From the NCBI GenBank assembly GCA_965219095.1, contig CBDCMT010000001.1, positions 1,280,001-1,344,000 of the forward strand: a DNA stretch of 64,000 nt. The letters run 5' to 3'. A model generated the notes under the pieces. The model was not told where the DNA came from. It did no database searches and saw only the letters and a program-made list of their open reading frames with translations. This document shows, piece by piece, positions 12,346 to 24,001 of the stretch. The number at the start of each line of letters is the position of its first letter. Position 1 is the stretch's first letter. The translations under genes were made by a program, and so were the position numbers. This DNA comes from Bdellovibrionales bacterium (GTDB taxonomy: Bacteria; Bdellovibrionota; Bdellovibrionia; Bdellovibrionales; UBA1609).

Positions 12346-12589
12346 TATACTGGCAACACTTCAAAAATAGTGAGAAAAAATGGATAACCAGATTTTTTAA
12401 AGCTGAAACTTTTAATGCCTTAATGAATCATCTGTAAGAAACGAAAGGCTTTTCATAAGTATTTCTATTTTCGAGGATAACCCGTCCCTAAAATTCTCAT
12501 AAATTTCATTTAGCGGGATTTCCTTTCTCATAAATCTTTTAAAAATCTTTCTAACACATACAGAAAATATTATTATTATGCTTTATTTA

Positions 12590-14281
12590 CCTAAATTCGG
12601 TGTTAAAAATATACACTACAGTTGTCATTTTACAAGGTGTTTATCCACGGCTTTGAGTATTTTTTCTTGAGATTTACTCAATGTGACTATTTTAGAGAAC
12701 ATATGGCGTTTTTTCTTGTCCTCCATATAAACTTTGTACACACTTCCCAATTCTTTTAGTGCTTCTTCAGGAGATATCTTAAGATTGTTTAAACTTAACT
12801 TTAGAACGGACAGCAAAAGATAGGATAAATAACATATAAAAACATGAGCGATAACTCGGTTATACAACCAATGTCGAATCGGACGCAGATGAGTGATTCC
12901 TTTTAAAGTCTTAAATGCTTTTTCTATAATATCTTTGTCAAAATATAATTTTAACATGTCTCTGTCAGGGATATTTTTTGTAGAAAATAAACAAAAATAG
13001 CCGTCAAATTCTTCTGCCTTTTCTAATTCTTGTTTTCTAATTCTTCCTTGAGACGTCAAGTATTTTTCTAAGCCCGTCTTTATAGGCTTTCCTTGAAGAA
13101 TTTGGTTTTGAGCATGTTCTATCTCATGGTGACGGGATTCTTTTATCTCTACTTTTCTGCGCTCATTGAAACAAATAGCCAACTTCCCTTTTATCTTACC
13201 TAGCTTATAAGGAAAGCTCTTGATATAAAAAGTGTTTTTACCAAGCCTTGCCATGTTAGAAACATGACTTATAGGTTTTGTCTTTAGGGCTTTTCTAAGC
13301 ACTTTTTTTTCTCGATCTTTTAAAGGAAGACCACATAAGCTATTCCACCCCAAGCCTTTTATCCCCTCTATATTCTGTCGAGATGTTACCCCTCTGTCTG
13401 ATACAAAAACACCTGAGCGAAGATTATAGCTAGAAAAACTTTTAATAAGAGAAAATAGAGCCTTACTGTCATGTATGTTTCCATTGAAGGTTTTATGAAA
13501 AACGGGGATGCCTTCCTTTTGAGTTCTTGCAAGGCCTATTTGAATAAGAGGCTTTGATTTCCCATCCTTGCTTTTTCCAAGCTTAGCAAGCTGGCATTTT
13601 GTCCCATACAAATAAGTATTGGTCACATCATAAACGATTCCCTTTGTGGACAGATCATATATATTTTTTACGATATTAAAAATATCTCTTTGATGTCGCT
13701 CTATTCTTTCTTCAGTTAAAGAGTCTAAAGCTGACAATAGACGTTCTTCTGTTAAACCTTCTAAATCCAAAATAGTATTTAAGTCCGTTCTGGAAAACCA
13801 GTCTGGCATATTATTAACACTTTTGTAATTTAAGCAATGTGCATAAACCATGCTTAATATCTCATTTGAATAATTTTCCAATATGTCCGGGAGTTTGATT
13901 TTTTTTGATATTTTGTCTAGGACGATAAGGGGGCCATGAATTTTAACTTCAGAGATTTGAATGTCCTCTGAACTTAGTGAAATCACTTTTTTACCGTTCA
14001 CTTCTTTTCCGATATAGCGAATATGCTTTTGCACAACCTTGCCCTTAATTCTTTTACTTTCTACCTCAGCCAGATAAGTTTTATTGCCTTTTTTTATTTT
14101 TCTTATGAAGCTCATATCCCCTCCTATAGTGTATAATATATACACTACTACAGATAGTAGTCAATGGCAAACCCCTTTCTTTTTCAAGAAATCTTGTCTT
14201 TTCTCAGAGGCAAAAAGACCGTTTTAAGATGTTTTAAATGTTAGGATGTTTGTAGTGGATATTTTTTGCCCCGAATTTAGG
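12590..14281 (-). mobile_element. IS1634-type element, intact transposase (12625..14115)
   Basis: IRs CCTAAATTCGG/CCGAATTTAGG; 7-bp duplication TTATTTA; protein clearly paralogous to 9225..10736. Confidence 0.92.
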
Positions 14282-14320
14282 TTATTTAGATTTTCCTATT
14301 TTTTTAACGATATGTGTCAG

Positions 14321-14411
14321 TGGCGGAGAGAGCGAGATTCGAACTCGCGGTACGAGAAAATCGTACGACAGCTTAGCAAGCTGCTGGTTTAAGCCACTCA
14401 CCCACCTCTCC
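14321..14411 (-). tRNA. tRNA-Ser(GCT)
   Basis: GGAGAGG...CTCTCCGCCA, anticodon arm CAGC-TTGCTAA-GCTG, long variable arm, GTTCGAATC T-loop. Confidence 0.96.
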
Positions 14412-14604
14412 CTTAAACTACTAAAGAATAAATTTGCATAATAAAGGACCATAAGCAATATATCTTCAAAAAGAGGACATGCGTTAATCTCTGGAGAAAA
14501 TCCTATTCTTTTAATATCTTTTCATTGATAGATGCCATTTTGCATTCATTTCTGATAGTCTTGCTATGTTGGAAGTTATTTTAAAACTCACATAGAATTA
14601 TCAA

Positions 14605-14682
14605 GTACCCGTAGCTCAGCTTGGATAGAGTACCTGACTACGAATCAGGTGGTCGGAGGTTCAAATCCTTCCGGGTACGCCA
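14605..14682 (+). tRNA. tRNA-Arg(ACG)
   Basis: GTACCCG...CGGGTACGCCA, anticodon arm CCTGA-CTACGAA-TCAGG, GGTTCAAATCC T arm. Confidence 0.96.
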
Positions 14683-14774
14683 ACTACACTGATCATGTTT
14701 CAAAAATCAATTTTTTAGCTAAATAAAAAAAAGATTTTTGAAGTGTGACCAGTATACACCATCTTGTAATCTTT

Positions 14775-15950
14775 TTATTTACAAGCATGGTAAAAATCTA
14801 AAAACTTAGGAAAACTTTTAGAAACCACATTTTTATTAATGATGTTAACAGGATAACCTGCTCTATGAGCCACCATCATAGCCATAGCCAATCTATGGTC
14901 TTGATCACAATCAAATTCAAAACTTTCTAATTCATGAAGAGAGATTTTTGCGACTTTAAGAATCCTCATTCCGTCATCTCTTTTTTCAAAAGGTCTTTTA
15001 ATTTTCATGAAAAACTCACAATTTTTTTCAATGCGATTGGATTCTTTATATTTTAAATGGGGGGCTCCATAAAGCAAGCTCTCTTCTAAAGATAAAGAAC
15101 ATAAAACTGCTAAAACAGGAAACAAATCAGGAGTGTCTGAAAGATTCCAAGAAGTACCTTTTAAATTTTCTTGATAGGAAAACTCCAAGCTCCCATGCTG
15201 AAACTTGAGATCTACTCCCATATCATTTAATACTAAAGGAAAAATAGAATCAGGTTGAAAGCTTTTCTCAGGAAAAGGCTTTAAATGCACTTTTGCTCCT
15301 GGTGTGACTAAAGCTAGAGAAGCTAAAGCAAAGGCAGAGCTCATGTCTTTTTCGACTTCGTAGTTTAAAAGAGAGGGTTTTTGGTGTTTTAAAATAACAA
15401 GTTCATTTCCATGTATTTGGATTTTCATTCCTAAATGTTTTAAAAATTTTAATGTCATGTTGAAATACGATTGACTCATAACAGGTCTTTGAAACGATAC
15501 GAAAAGATCAAAAGGTAAACCCCAACTACTTAACAAAAGTGCTGATAAGAACTGACTCGATTGCTGTGTTCTTACAGAAAGGGAATCTCCCTGGACCTTC
15601 CAACCTTTGCTTACAATGTGCAAACGATTTTCTGATAAACTTACATGACTTCCTAACTGCCTTAATATATGTATTAAATCATCTTGAGATCTTTCAAAAA
15701 GCCTTCTTTCTCCTAAAAGTTCAAAAACCCCTGCTTCACGAGACACTCTTAGAGCCATAAAACGTAAAACAGTACCTGCACAACCACAATTGATAGAAGA
15801 GAAATCTGTTATTGCTTTTTTCATAAAAACAACATCATCAGCTTGAGAATTGTATTTTATCTCAAATTTAGGAAAAAAACTTTTCACTACAAGAGCTCTG
15901 TTAACAAGAGACTTAGATGAAGGGGGCATTCCTATAAAAGAAAAACTCAT
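14775..15950 (-). CDS. aroA: 3-phosphoshikimate 1-carboxyvinyltransferase (EPSP synthase)
   Basis: SKS..NRA, AGT..RF, SSQFLSALL, PDL.P, KESNR, DHRLAM and KSFP motifs. Confidence 0.9.
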   Translation of the reverse strand: MSFSFIGMPPSSKSLVNRALVVKSFFPKFEIKYNSQADDVVFMKKAITDFSSINCGCAGTVLRFMALRVSREAGVFELLGERRLFERSQDDLIHILRQLGSHVSLSENRLHIVSKGWKVQGDSLSVRTQQSSQFLSALLLSSWGLPFDLFVSFQRPVMSQSYFNMTLKFLKHLGMKIQIHGNELVILKHQKPSLLNYEVEKDMSSAFALASLALVTPGAKVHLKPFPEKSFQPDSIFPLVLNDMGVDLKFQHGSLEFSYQENLKGTSWNLSDTPDLFPVLAVLCSLSLEESLLYGAPHLKYKESNRIEKNCEFFMKIKRPFEKRDDGMRILKVAKISLHELESFEFDCDQDHRLAMAMMVAHRAGYPVNIINKNVVSKSFPKFLDFYHACK

Positions 15951-16945
15951 ATCACAAAACCTTGTCTCTTGGCTTCTAAAAACAAATCTTCGAAAGTTAC
16001 CCTTTTTTTAAAAGGCTTTCCTATCCCTTTTAGAAAGATAAAGTCAATGGTTTTAGAAATTGCTTTTTTGTCACAAGATATGTAATTTATAAATTTTCTT
16101 CTACTTATTTTTCTTTTAAAATATTTTTTTTCTAAGCCCATTGTTTTAAGAATAAAAATCATCTTTTCGTATTCTTTCACGTTTAAAAGTTTTTCGTGTA
16201 GGCTATAAGATAAAGAAAAATAAAGTCCACAAGCTACGGACTCTCCATGAGATATTCTGTAATGAAGTTCAAGAACGTGGCCTAAAGTGTGCCCTAAGTT
16301 GAAGACTTTTCTTAAGCCTTTTTTTTCAAAGGGATCTTTTTTTACAACATCTAATTTAACTTTTATAGCACAAGAAAGTAAGCTTGGAAAAAGGGAAGTT
16401 TTTTGATTCTGAAACTTTAAAAAAAGTTCTTTATTTAAAAAAATCATTTTTGCCAACTCTCCTAAGGCTTCTTTTTTTCGTATCTTTGGTTGAGATTCTA
16501 AGATTTCTTTCACAAGATAAACACATTGAGCAGGGTAAAAGCTTCCCAACTGGTTTTTAAAACTTCCTATGTTCAATGCTGTTTTTCCTCCATGAGAAGA
16601 ATCTAAGGCAGAAAGCCAAGTAGAAGGGAGTAAAACTAAAGGCACACCTCTATGCAAAACAGAAGCTAAAAATCCTGAGAAATCTCCCACACTTCCTCCC
16701 CCTAAAGCTAAAAGAGCATAGGGAGAAGAGTGGAGTGATAACTTTTGAAAGAGAGTTTTTGTTTTCTGACTAAAAGATTCTAGGCTCTTAAGTTTTTCAC
16801 CTCCTTGAACAGGGAATTTAAGATGGTAATTTTGTGAAAACCTTTTAAGTTTCCTATCATAAATAAGAAGACAGGTATGATGTTCTAACTTGAGATCTTT
16901 TTTTATTGTTTCAAGGCTTGGAACTTTATTTGTTTCTATGATCAT
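15947..16945 (-). CDS. aroB: 3-dehydroquinate synthase
   Basis: GGGSVGDFSGF, DSSHGGKT, NLGHTLGH..E, HGESV and DKK motifs; likely start at 16945. Confidence 0.9.
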   Translation of the reverse strand: MIIETNKVPSLETIKKDLKLEHHTCLLIYDRKLKRFSQNYHLKFPVQGGEKLKSLESFSQKTKTLFQKLSLHSSPYALLALGGGSVGDFSGFLASVLHRGVPLVLLPSTWLSALDSSHGGKTALNIGSFKNQLGSFYPAQCVYLVKEILESQPKIRKKEALGELAKMIFLNKELFLKFQNQKTSLFPSLLSCAIKVKLDVVKKDPFEKKGLRKVFNLGHTLGHVLELHYRISHGESVACGLYFSLSYSLHEKLLNVKEYEKMIFILKTMGLEKKYFKRKISRRKFINYISCDKKAISKTIDFIFLKGIGKPFKKRVTFEDLFLEAKRQGFVI

Positions 16946-16946
16946 T

Positions 16947-17627
16947 TTACAATTTAGGGAGCTTCCAGCAAATGGGATCAAACCCTTTTGACTCTAAATA
17001 TTGATTAGTCTTTATAAAGTGATTGCAACCTAAAAACCCTCTATGAGAGGAAAAAGGAGAGGGATGAGCTGCTTTTAAAACAAGATGGTTTTTTTTGTTA
17101 ATATAGGCTCCTTTTTTCTGAGCGTAGGAACCCCATAATAAGAAGACAAGGTTTTCTTTTTTTTTATTTAAAACCTCGACAATCTTATCAGTGAAAATTT
17201 CCCAACCCTTGCCTTGATGAGAGCCAGGCTTATAAGCTTCTACAGTTAAAGTGGCATTCAATAGCAAAACCCCTTGGTCAGCCCAAGGCAACAAACATCC
17301 ATGAGAGGTCTGTTGCACTCCTAATTCATTTTCAATTTCTTTAAAAATATTTTTTAAAGAGGGGGGGATTGCCATTTGAGGTCTCACTGAGAAGCAAAAT
17401 CCATGAGCTTGACCTTTATTATAGTAAGGATCTTGACCTAAAATCACAACTCTCACTTTCTCCCAAGATGTTTGAGAAAGTGCTGCAAAATACTCTGAAG
17501 TATGGGGAAAGATGGTTTTCCCCATCTTTAATTCACTTTTAAGAAAAGACTTAAGCTTGAGCATGTAGTCTTTTTTGAATTCAGGGTTTAAAAGTTCTCC
17601 CCATTGGGAATGAGAATTAAAAGACAT
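16947..17627 (-). CDS. ung: Uracil-DNA glycosylase, family 1
   Basis: GQDPY, PPSL.NI, GVLLLN and HPSP motifs. Confidence 0.96.
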   Translation of the reverse strand: MSFNSHSQWGELLNPEFKKDYMLKLKSFLKSELKMGKTIFPHTSEYFAALSQTSWEKVRVVILGQDPYYNKGQAHGFCFSVRPQMAIPPSLKNIFKEIENELGVQQTSHGCLLPWADQGVLLLNATLTVEAYKPGSHQGKGWEIFTDKIVEVLNKKKENLVFLLWGSYAQKKGAYINKKNHLVLKAAHPSPFSSHRGFLGCNHFIKTNQYLESKGFDPICWKLPKL

Positions 17628-19138
17628 CAGCTATGTTTTCTAATCTCACCTGATGCAAGTTTTTGCTTATAATCTAAAAGAGCATTTTTAATTTTATTTC
17701 TTAAAATATAAAGTCCTAATATATTAGGAATCCCCATACTCAACATCATAAGATCACTAAATTCCAAAATATTTTTCGAAGTTGTAATGGCCCCAAGAAA
17801 AATACAAGTTAGTAAGATGATTTGGTAGACTTTAACATATTTTTCTGAAAAGACATACGAAAAACAACGTTCCCCATAGTAAGACCATGAAATAATGGTT
17901 GAGTAAGCAAACAACACTACAGCAATGGCTAAAATAAAAGGAAACCAACTTACTTGTGAACCAAGAGCTAGGGCTGTAAGTGTTGCTCCTTCTTGGTTTT
18001 GAACAATGTGAGCGTATTCAGGATTATTGTAAGTTCCTGTGATCACAATCACTAAAGCAGTCATTGTACAGATCACAATAGTGTCAATAAAGGGCTCAAG
18101 AAGAGCTACAAGCCCTTCTTGAATAGGATGTTCTGTTTTCGCTGCTGAGTGGGCAATGGTCGCAGACCCAAGGCCTGCTTCATTAGAAAAGGCCGCTCGT
18201 TTAAAACCTAAAATAAGAACTCCTATAGCTCCCCCGTACATAGCATCAGGACGAAAAGCTTTTGATACAATAGTCACAAAAGCTTCAGGAATTAAATTCA
18301 CATTCATGATAAGCACATAAAGGCAAGCTATAACATAGAGAGTACACATAAAGGGTACAATATGACTTGCTGTAGTTGCAATACGAGTCACCCCTCCTAT
18401 GATAACAATAGCAACTAAAATTGTTAAAATAGCACCATAAATCCAGGGAGAATCTCCTATAATAGGAACAATGTTTTTAACAACATTAAGGGATTGATTT
18501 ACTTGAAAAGCAGCTCCCCCTCCTAAAGAACCTGCCATACAGGAAAAAGCAAAAACTATGGAAAGAACTTTTCCTAAAGATTTTAAATTCATTTCAGAAA
18601 GCCCTTTATGAAGATAAAGCATAGGTCCTCCCATAATATGGCCATCATGACGTACTTCTCTATACATTTGTCCTAAGGTGCATTCTGCAAATTTAAAAGT
18701 CATTCCTAAAAGACCTGCCAAAATTATCCAAAACGTAGCACCCGGCCCTCCTAAGCCCACAGCCACAGCTACACCAGCGATGTTACCCAAGCCTACTGTA
18801 GCACTCAGAGCTGTTGTCAAAGCCTGAAAGTGGTTGATCTCCCCTTTGTCTTCAGATCTATCATACTTACCTAATGTCAATAAAATAGCATGTCTAAAAG
18901 CTCTAAAATTAATAAATTTCATTTTAAAAGTAAAGTAAATGGCTCCTACAACAAGCCAAGCCACTGTGAAAGGGATACCCCCTTGCACCAAGCCAAACGA
19001 AAGATCAAAAAATAGAACAGTAGCAATGGCACTGTTTAAATTTCCAAAAAACTCATTAACAGAATCGTTTGCCGTTTCATTGGCAAAAAGTAATATGTGC
19101 ATAAAGAACATATTAAAAAAGATTGTTATTTGTTTCAT
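17627..19138 (-). CDS. Alanine/glycine:cation symporter (AGCS family)
   Basis: ALSATVGLGNIAGVA, GGPGA.FW, FSNEAGLGS and FIDTIVICTMT motifs. Confidence 0.93.
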   Translation of the reverse strand: MKQITIFFNMFFMHILLFANETANDSVNEFFGNLNSAIATVLFFDLSFGLVQGGIPFTVAWLVVGAIYFTFKMKFINFRAFRHAILLTLGKYDRSEDKGEINHFQALTTALSATVGLGNIAGVAVAVGLGGPGATFWIILAGLLGMTFKFAECTLGQMYREVRHDGHIMGGPMLYLHKGLSEMNLKSLGKVLSIVFAFSCMAGSLGGGAAFQVNQSLNVVKNIVPIIGDSPWIYGAILTILVAIVIIGGVTRIATTASHIVPFMCTLYVIACLYVLIMNVNLIPEAFVTIVSKAFRPDAMYGGAIGVLILGFKRAAFSNEAGLGSATIAHSAAKTEHPIQEGLVALLEPFIDTIVICTMTALVIVITGTYNNPEYAHIVQNQEGATLTALALGSQVSWFPFILAIAVVLFAYSTIISWSYYGERCFSYVFSEKYVKVYQIILLTCIFLGAITTSKNILEFSDLMMLSMGIPNILGLYILRNKIKNALLDYKQKLASGEIRKHS

Positions 19139-19192
19139 AGGTATTTCCCCTTAGTTTTTGTTTAAAAAGGTTTTTTTCATCATTTAAAATCC

Positions 19193-20893
19193 TTAAGCAT
19201 GAATTCCTTTTGGAATAGCCTCTAACAAATTTTTTGTGTACTCTTTTACAGGGTTTTCGTAAATCTTTTGAGATTCACCTTGTTCCACAATCTCTCCTTC
19301 CTGCATAACAAGCAGTTCATCAGAAAAAAACTTCACAACAGACAAGTCATGAGATATAAAAATATAAGTTAAGCCCAGATCTCTTTGTAAATCAAATAAA
19401 AGGTTTAAAATCTGAGCCTGTGTTGAGACATCAAGAGCTGATACAGACTCATCACAAACGATAAAATCAGGTTGAACAGACAAAGCTCTTGCTATACAGA
19501 TTCTTTGCCTTTGTCCTCCTGAAAACTCATGGGGATAGCGGTTTAGCATTTTATGAGAAAGACCTACTTTTTCCATCAAATCCTCCGCACTCTTCTTGTC
19601 TTCAAGATGTGATTTATTGAGTTTATGAATTTGCATAGGCTCTGTAAGAGATGCGCCGATAGTCATAGAAGGGTTTAAAGAAGCATAAGGATCTTGGAAA
19701 ATAATTTGCATTTTTCGTCTTATTTTTCTTAAATGAGACCGATTCAAAGCTAAAATATTTTTATCCTCGTAAAGGATCTGACCTGCAGATGGTTCAACAA
19801 GACGTAAAATACAACGTCCTAAAGTTGTTTTACCACAACCACTTTCGCCTACAATTCCTAAAGTCTTTCCTTTGTGAACTTTCAAGCTTACATTTTTCAC
19901 AGCATGAACATAAGATAAAGGCCTTCCTAAGAAATTCCTTTTTAAAACAAAGGACTTAGAAAGTCCTTTTACCTTTAAAAGAACAGGAACTTTATCTAAA
20001 GAACGGGGAACTTTTTTTCTAAAAAGTTTTTCTGTATCTACTTCAATAGAATTTCCATGCTCGTCCATAAAATCACTGACGACAGGAAGTCTTTCGTAAT
20101 TTGTTTCTAAAGTAGGTCGACAAGCTAAAAGCCCTTTTGTATAGGGGTGTTCAGGAAAAAGAAAAATTTCACGGGTTGACTTTCTTTCCACAACCTCTCC
20201 TTCTTTCATAACAACGACCTCATCAGCAATTTCAGCTACGACACCTAAATCATGAGTGATAAAAAGAACACTCATACCATTTTCTTCTTGAAGCTTTTTG
20301 ATAAGTTCCAAGATTCTTCTTTGCACTGTAACATCTAAGGCTGTGGTAGGCTCATCAGCAATTAAAAGTTTAGGAGAACAGGAAATAGCCATAGCAATCA
20401 TAACTCTTTGTCTTTGACCTCCACTTAATTCATGAGGATAGGAAGAAATACGTGTTTCTGGATTGCGAATTCCTACCTCTTTTAACAGCTCTATAGAGCG
20501 ATCAAAGGCTTCTTTTTTAGAAAACCCTTTGTGTAAGACAAGACTTTCACCAATCTGATTTCCAATTGTAAAAACGGGATTTAAGCTCGTCATAGGTTCT
20601 TGAAAGATCATAGAAATCTGATTGCCCCTTATGGACTGAATACTGGGCAAGTTCAAACTCAAAAGATTTTTTTCTTCAAAGAAAATTTTACCTCTTGTGA
20701 TTTTTCCTGGAGGCTGGGCCACAAGCCTCATAAGAGATAAAGCTGTCACACTTTTGCCCGAGCCTGACTCACCGACAAGGCCTAGTATCTTTCCCTCAGG
20801 GATGTTTAGAGATACATTTTTTAAAGCCTCGATCCTTCTTTCATCCGTTTGGAACTCTAAACATAAGTTTCTAATTTTGACTAATGAGGACAT
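19193..20893 (-). CDS. Peptide/dipeptide ABC transporter ATPase with two fused nucleotide-binding domains
   Basis: Two GESG.GK[ST] Walker A motifs, two YPHE.SGGQRQR signatures, DEPTTALDV and DESVSALDV. Confidence 0.93.
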   Translation of the reverse strand: MSSLVKIRNLCLEFQTDERRIEALKNVSLNIPEGKILGLVGESGSGKSVTALSLMRLVAQPPGKITRGKIFFEEKNLLSLNLPSIQSIRGNQISMIFQEPMTSLNPVFTIGNQIGESLVLHKGFSKKEAFDRSIELLKEVGIRNPETRISSYPHELSGGQRQRVMIAMAISCSPKLLIADEPTTALDVTVQRRILELIKKLQEENGMSVLFITHDLGVVAEIADEVVVMKEGEVVERKSTREIFLFPEHPYTKGLLACRPTLETNYERLPVVSDFMDEHGNSIEVDTEKLFRKKVPRSLDKVPVLLKVKGLSKSFVLKRNFLGRPLSYVHAVKNVSLKVHKGKTLGIVGESGCGKTTLGRCILRLVEPSAGQILYEDKNILALNRSHLRKIRRKMQIIFQDPYASLNPSMTIGASLTEPMQIHKLNKSHLEDKKSAEDLMEKVGLSHKMLNRYPHEFSGGQRQRICIARALSVQPDFIVCDESVSALDVSTQAQILNLLFDLQRDLGLTYIFISHDLSVVKFFSDELLVMQEGEIVEQGESQKIYENPVKEYTKNLLEAIPKGIHA

Positions 20894-21003
20894 ATCCTTA
20901 CTTTCTTTTAAACTCTTTTTTACAAATAGAGTCAATATCTTAGTAGTATGTGCGTCGCAGTATTTATTGCTAGAAAAAAGGATCTATAAAAAAATATCTC
21001 CAT

Positions 21004-21648
21004 ATGCCTTTAGAAAGAATAGAAGATTTAAAAAAAATATATATTGAAAAACACTTTGCTTCTCAAACACCTCTTCATCAGAAAATTCTTAAAAAATTAC
21101 ACATAGATCACAAAGAGGGTATTAACATAAGCTCCACTGAAGGGCATATGTTAGCTTTTTTCGTCAAAACTTTCCAAGTAAAGAGAATTTTAGAGATCGG
21201 TACTCTTTATGGTTATTCTGCTTTATGGATGGCTCAAGCCCTTCCTCCTAAAGGTTCTCTTATTACCTTAGAATCCGATCCCCATAACGCCCAAAAAGCA
21301 CGTCTTCTTTTAGCCTCTGAAAAAAGAGTTCAAATCATAGAAGGTGATGCTAAGGAAACTTTAAAACAACTTACAGGGTTTTTTGACCTTATTTTTATTG
21401 ATGCCAACAAATCTGACTATAAGCACTACCTTGATTGGGCCGAAAAACACACTCAAAAAGGAGGCCTCATTATTGGAGATAACACTTTTCTTTTTGGAGC
21501 TATGTATGATGATAAAGAAGCTCAAAAAGCAAATAAGAAGGCATTTTGTTCTATGAAGAAGTTTAATGAAAGGCTGGCTAAAAAAAACATGTATGAAAGT
21601 ATGTTAATTCCTACTCAACAAGGCCTGACTGTAGCAAGAAAAAAATAA
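21004..21648 (+). CDS. SAM-dependent O-methyltransferase
   Basis: LEIGTLYGYS, FDLIFIDANK and GGLIIGDN motifs. Confidence 0.88.
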   Translation: MPLERIEDLKKIYIEKHFASQTPLHQKILKKLHIDHKEGINISSTEGHMLAFFVKTFQVKRILEIGTLYGYSALWMAQALPPKGSLITLESDPHNAQKARLLLASEKRVQIIEGDAKETLKQLTGFFDLIFIDANKSDYKHYLDWAEKHTQKGGLIIGDNTFLFGAMYDDKEAQKANKKAFCSMKKFNERLAKKNMYESMLIPTQQGLTVARKK

Positions 21649-21662
21649 ATTTAAAAAGAGTT

Positions 21663-22385
21663 TCAATTCGAAATCAACCAATTCCTGTCTTGAGCCAATT
21701 CTTTGAGTTTTATTTCACTGTCATAAAGAACTTTCTTACTTTGAGGGCAAGATCTGTTCATAGCCACTTTCACATGACTTGCTACTTCTAGAAGAGCTAA
21801 ATCGCCCATAGTATTTCCAGCACATAAAAAAGGATTCTTATTTTGAGTGTGAGCTAAAAGACTGTCTCTTTTTCCTTCTTCCCAAGTTAAGTGTCCCTCT
21901 ACTTCCGACATGATGGTATCTCCTTGAAGTTTGGTCTTAATGCCTAAAACATGGTCTTTAGGAATGTTGTAATAAAGATGGGCTTTTTCTTCCGAAATCC
22001 ATTTCAAAGAACCTGTGACAACAAAGATTTCAACTTTCTCATCTTGTAAAAAACGGATTAGTTTTTCTGAAAGATCAATTTTGTCAGACTGATTTTTACA
22101 GATAACTTCATGGCAATCACTTTTCAGTTTCTTATAGGACTGACCTTCTAAGCTCTGAGCCAACCAAACTAAAGATTCCTTATAACATTTTTTTTGAATC
22201 TCATAAAATGTGTCCCAAAAACCTTCTCTTTCTCCATAATAACGTTTAAAAAAAGCATGGCTGATGTCATCATGCCACAAAGTTCCGTCAGCATCAAAAG
22301 CAGCTATAGGATGAACTCCCTTATCAAGAGCCTCTAAACTGGCTTTCTTAATGATTTCAAAAATTTTGTTTCTATCCATAAACAC
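21663..22385 (-). CDS. HAD-superfamily hydrolase
   Basis: FDADGTLW, VVTGS and AGNTMGD motifs. Confidence 0.85.
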   Translation of the reverse strand: MFMDRNKIFEIIKKASLEALDKGVHPIAAFDADGTLWHDDISHAFFKRYYGEREGFWDTFYEIQKKCYKESLVWLAQSLEGQSYKKLKSDCHEVICKNQSDKIDLSEKLIRFLQDEKVEIFVVTGSLKWISEEKAHLYYNIPKDHVLGIKTKLQGDTIMSEVEGHLTWEEGKRDSLLAHTQNKNPFLCAGNTMGDLALLEVASHVKVAMNRSCPQSKKVLYDSEIKLKELAQDRNWLISN

Positions 22386-22827
22386 CTTTTATAAGGAAAG
22401 TTTTCTTATCCTCTTTTTATAGGTTTATAATAAATAAATTTTCCTCTAATAGCAAATTAACCTCGAAAAAACCTTTATCTTGATGTCTTATAAAATAGTT
22501 AAGCCTATAGTCTATAAAATTTTCAAAAGTTTAGAACTAAAATCCATCAAGATGACTTCTAGATCAGGTAGATTGGCTAAGATCTATCATTAAAAAAAGG
22601 ACACAACATAACGATTCTTTAAAGAAAAGTACTAAGAAACTTCTCTTTAAGGAGTTTCATAACAGCAGGAAATCTTTTTCAAGTTTCAGTTGATGGTTTC
22701 CAAACTACAATTGAGTAAGATGAACTCGAACCATAGCATCACTTTTGAAGTATACATACAATGATTGTATTTTAATTTTAACGAAACACCATAGTTTTAA
22801 CGAAATACACTCCTCCATATGAGTATA

Positions 22828-23965
22828 TAGTGCTTCCGTTTAGGTTTTCAGGTTCCTAAGATGGAGAAGTTATCAGTTATCAAAGTTTCTAATTTAGGCC
22901 TGTGTTTTCGTATTCCTCTAAAAAATTGACTTAAACTTCCCTTGAAATCGTCATAGTTTTCATAATATCGATTCGCCGTGACCTCTTTTTTCATAAACTT
23001 CCAAAGCCTTTCTATAGGATTTAAATTCGGTGAGTACGGAGGAAGATAAACAAGTTTTATATTCAACTCTTTTGCTAACTTCTTGACAGACTTCGATCTA
23101 TTGTATCCGGCCCCATCTAAGATAAGATGAATCTCTTTTTCATCGGAATACTTCTTAATGAATATGATAGAGCATATCACATAGAAAAACTTCGTTAACT
23201 GTCTTATAACTCCTGACTATCGTCTTCAAACTATTGATCTCAATAGCTTCACAAACATTCACTCTTTTTCTCCAGCCTGAATTGGTCTTCACTTCAAACT
23301 TCTTACCCTCTCTTATCCAACCATATGAAATCGTAGGGCCCCACTCAGGATGTGTGGAATCAGCAAAGTAAACAGGACCGTCTTTCTTCTTAATTCTCTT
23401 GTATTTACGCACAAACTTTTCCTGCTTTTCTTTCTTTACCTTACTCGGTATCGCTGTGGCTTTTTTATAAGAAAAACCAAGGCGATGGAGAAGATCAATT
23501 ACACCACTTGTTAAAGTACGTAACACCAAAATTCTCCTCAATGAACTGAATAAGGGCCTGTGATGATGGAAAAATTCTTTTCTCTAATTCCTTTAAAAGC
23601 ATTTTCTCCTCTTTCTTAGTTAAAAAGGACCTTTTAGGATTGTAATTGTCGTTGATTAAACACTCTATCCCGCCTTTGTTATAACGATTTCTACAGGCTC
23701 TTATCGTGCCCTCATCAATGAAAAGAAAACGGGAAATATCTTTACACAACTCACCTTTATCTAAATGGAGAATTGTCATAATCCTTTTTGCGTATTTAAG
23801 ATTTTTCTCTAGAGATAGTTCATAGAGTAAATCTTTTCGCTCTTTTTTTGATAGAAACCCTGATATATGAAACTATTTTTAAAAATAAATGACTTTTTAT
23901 CAAGGCCTTAGAACAAAAACTAGACCTCAACTCAAAAAAAACGGAAAATCTAAACGGAAGCACTA
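22828..23965 (-). mobile_element. IS630 type B copy 3, start codon changed to ATA, frameshifted
   Basis: IRs, TA duplication and near identity to copies 1-2. Confidence 0.92.
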
Positions 23966-24001
23966 TATAGACAGTTATTTGATTCCATAGGACAATAAAC
24001 T

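Noticed and set aside
14321..14682. tRNA-anchored prophage or integrative island
   Set aside because: No integrase, phage genes or duplicated tRNA 3' end seen
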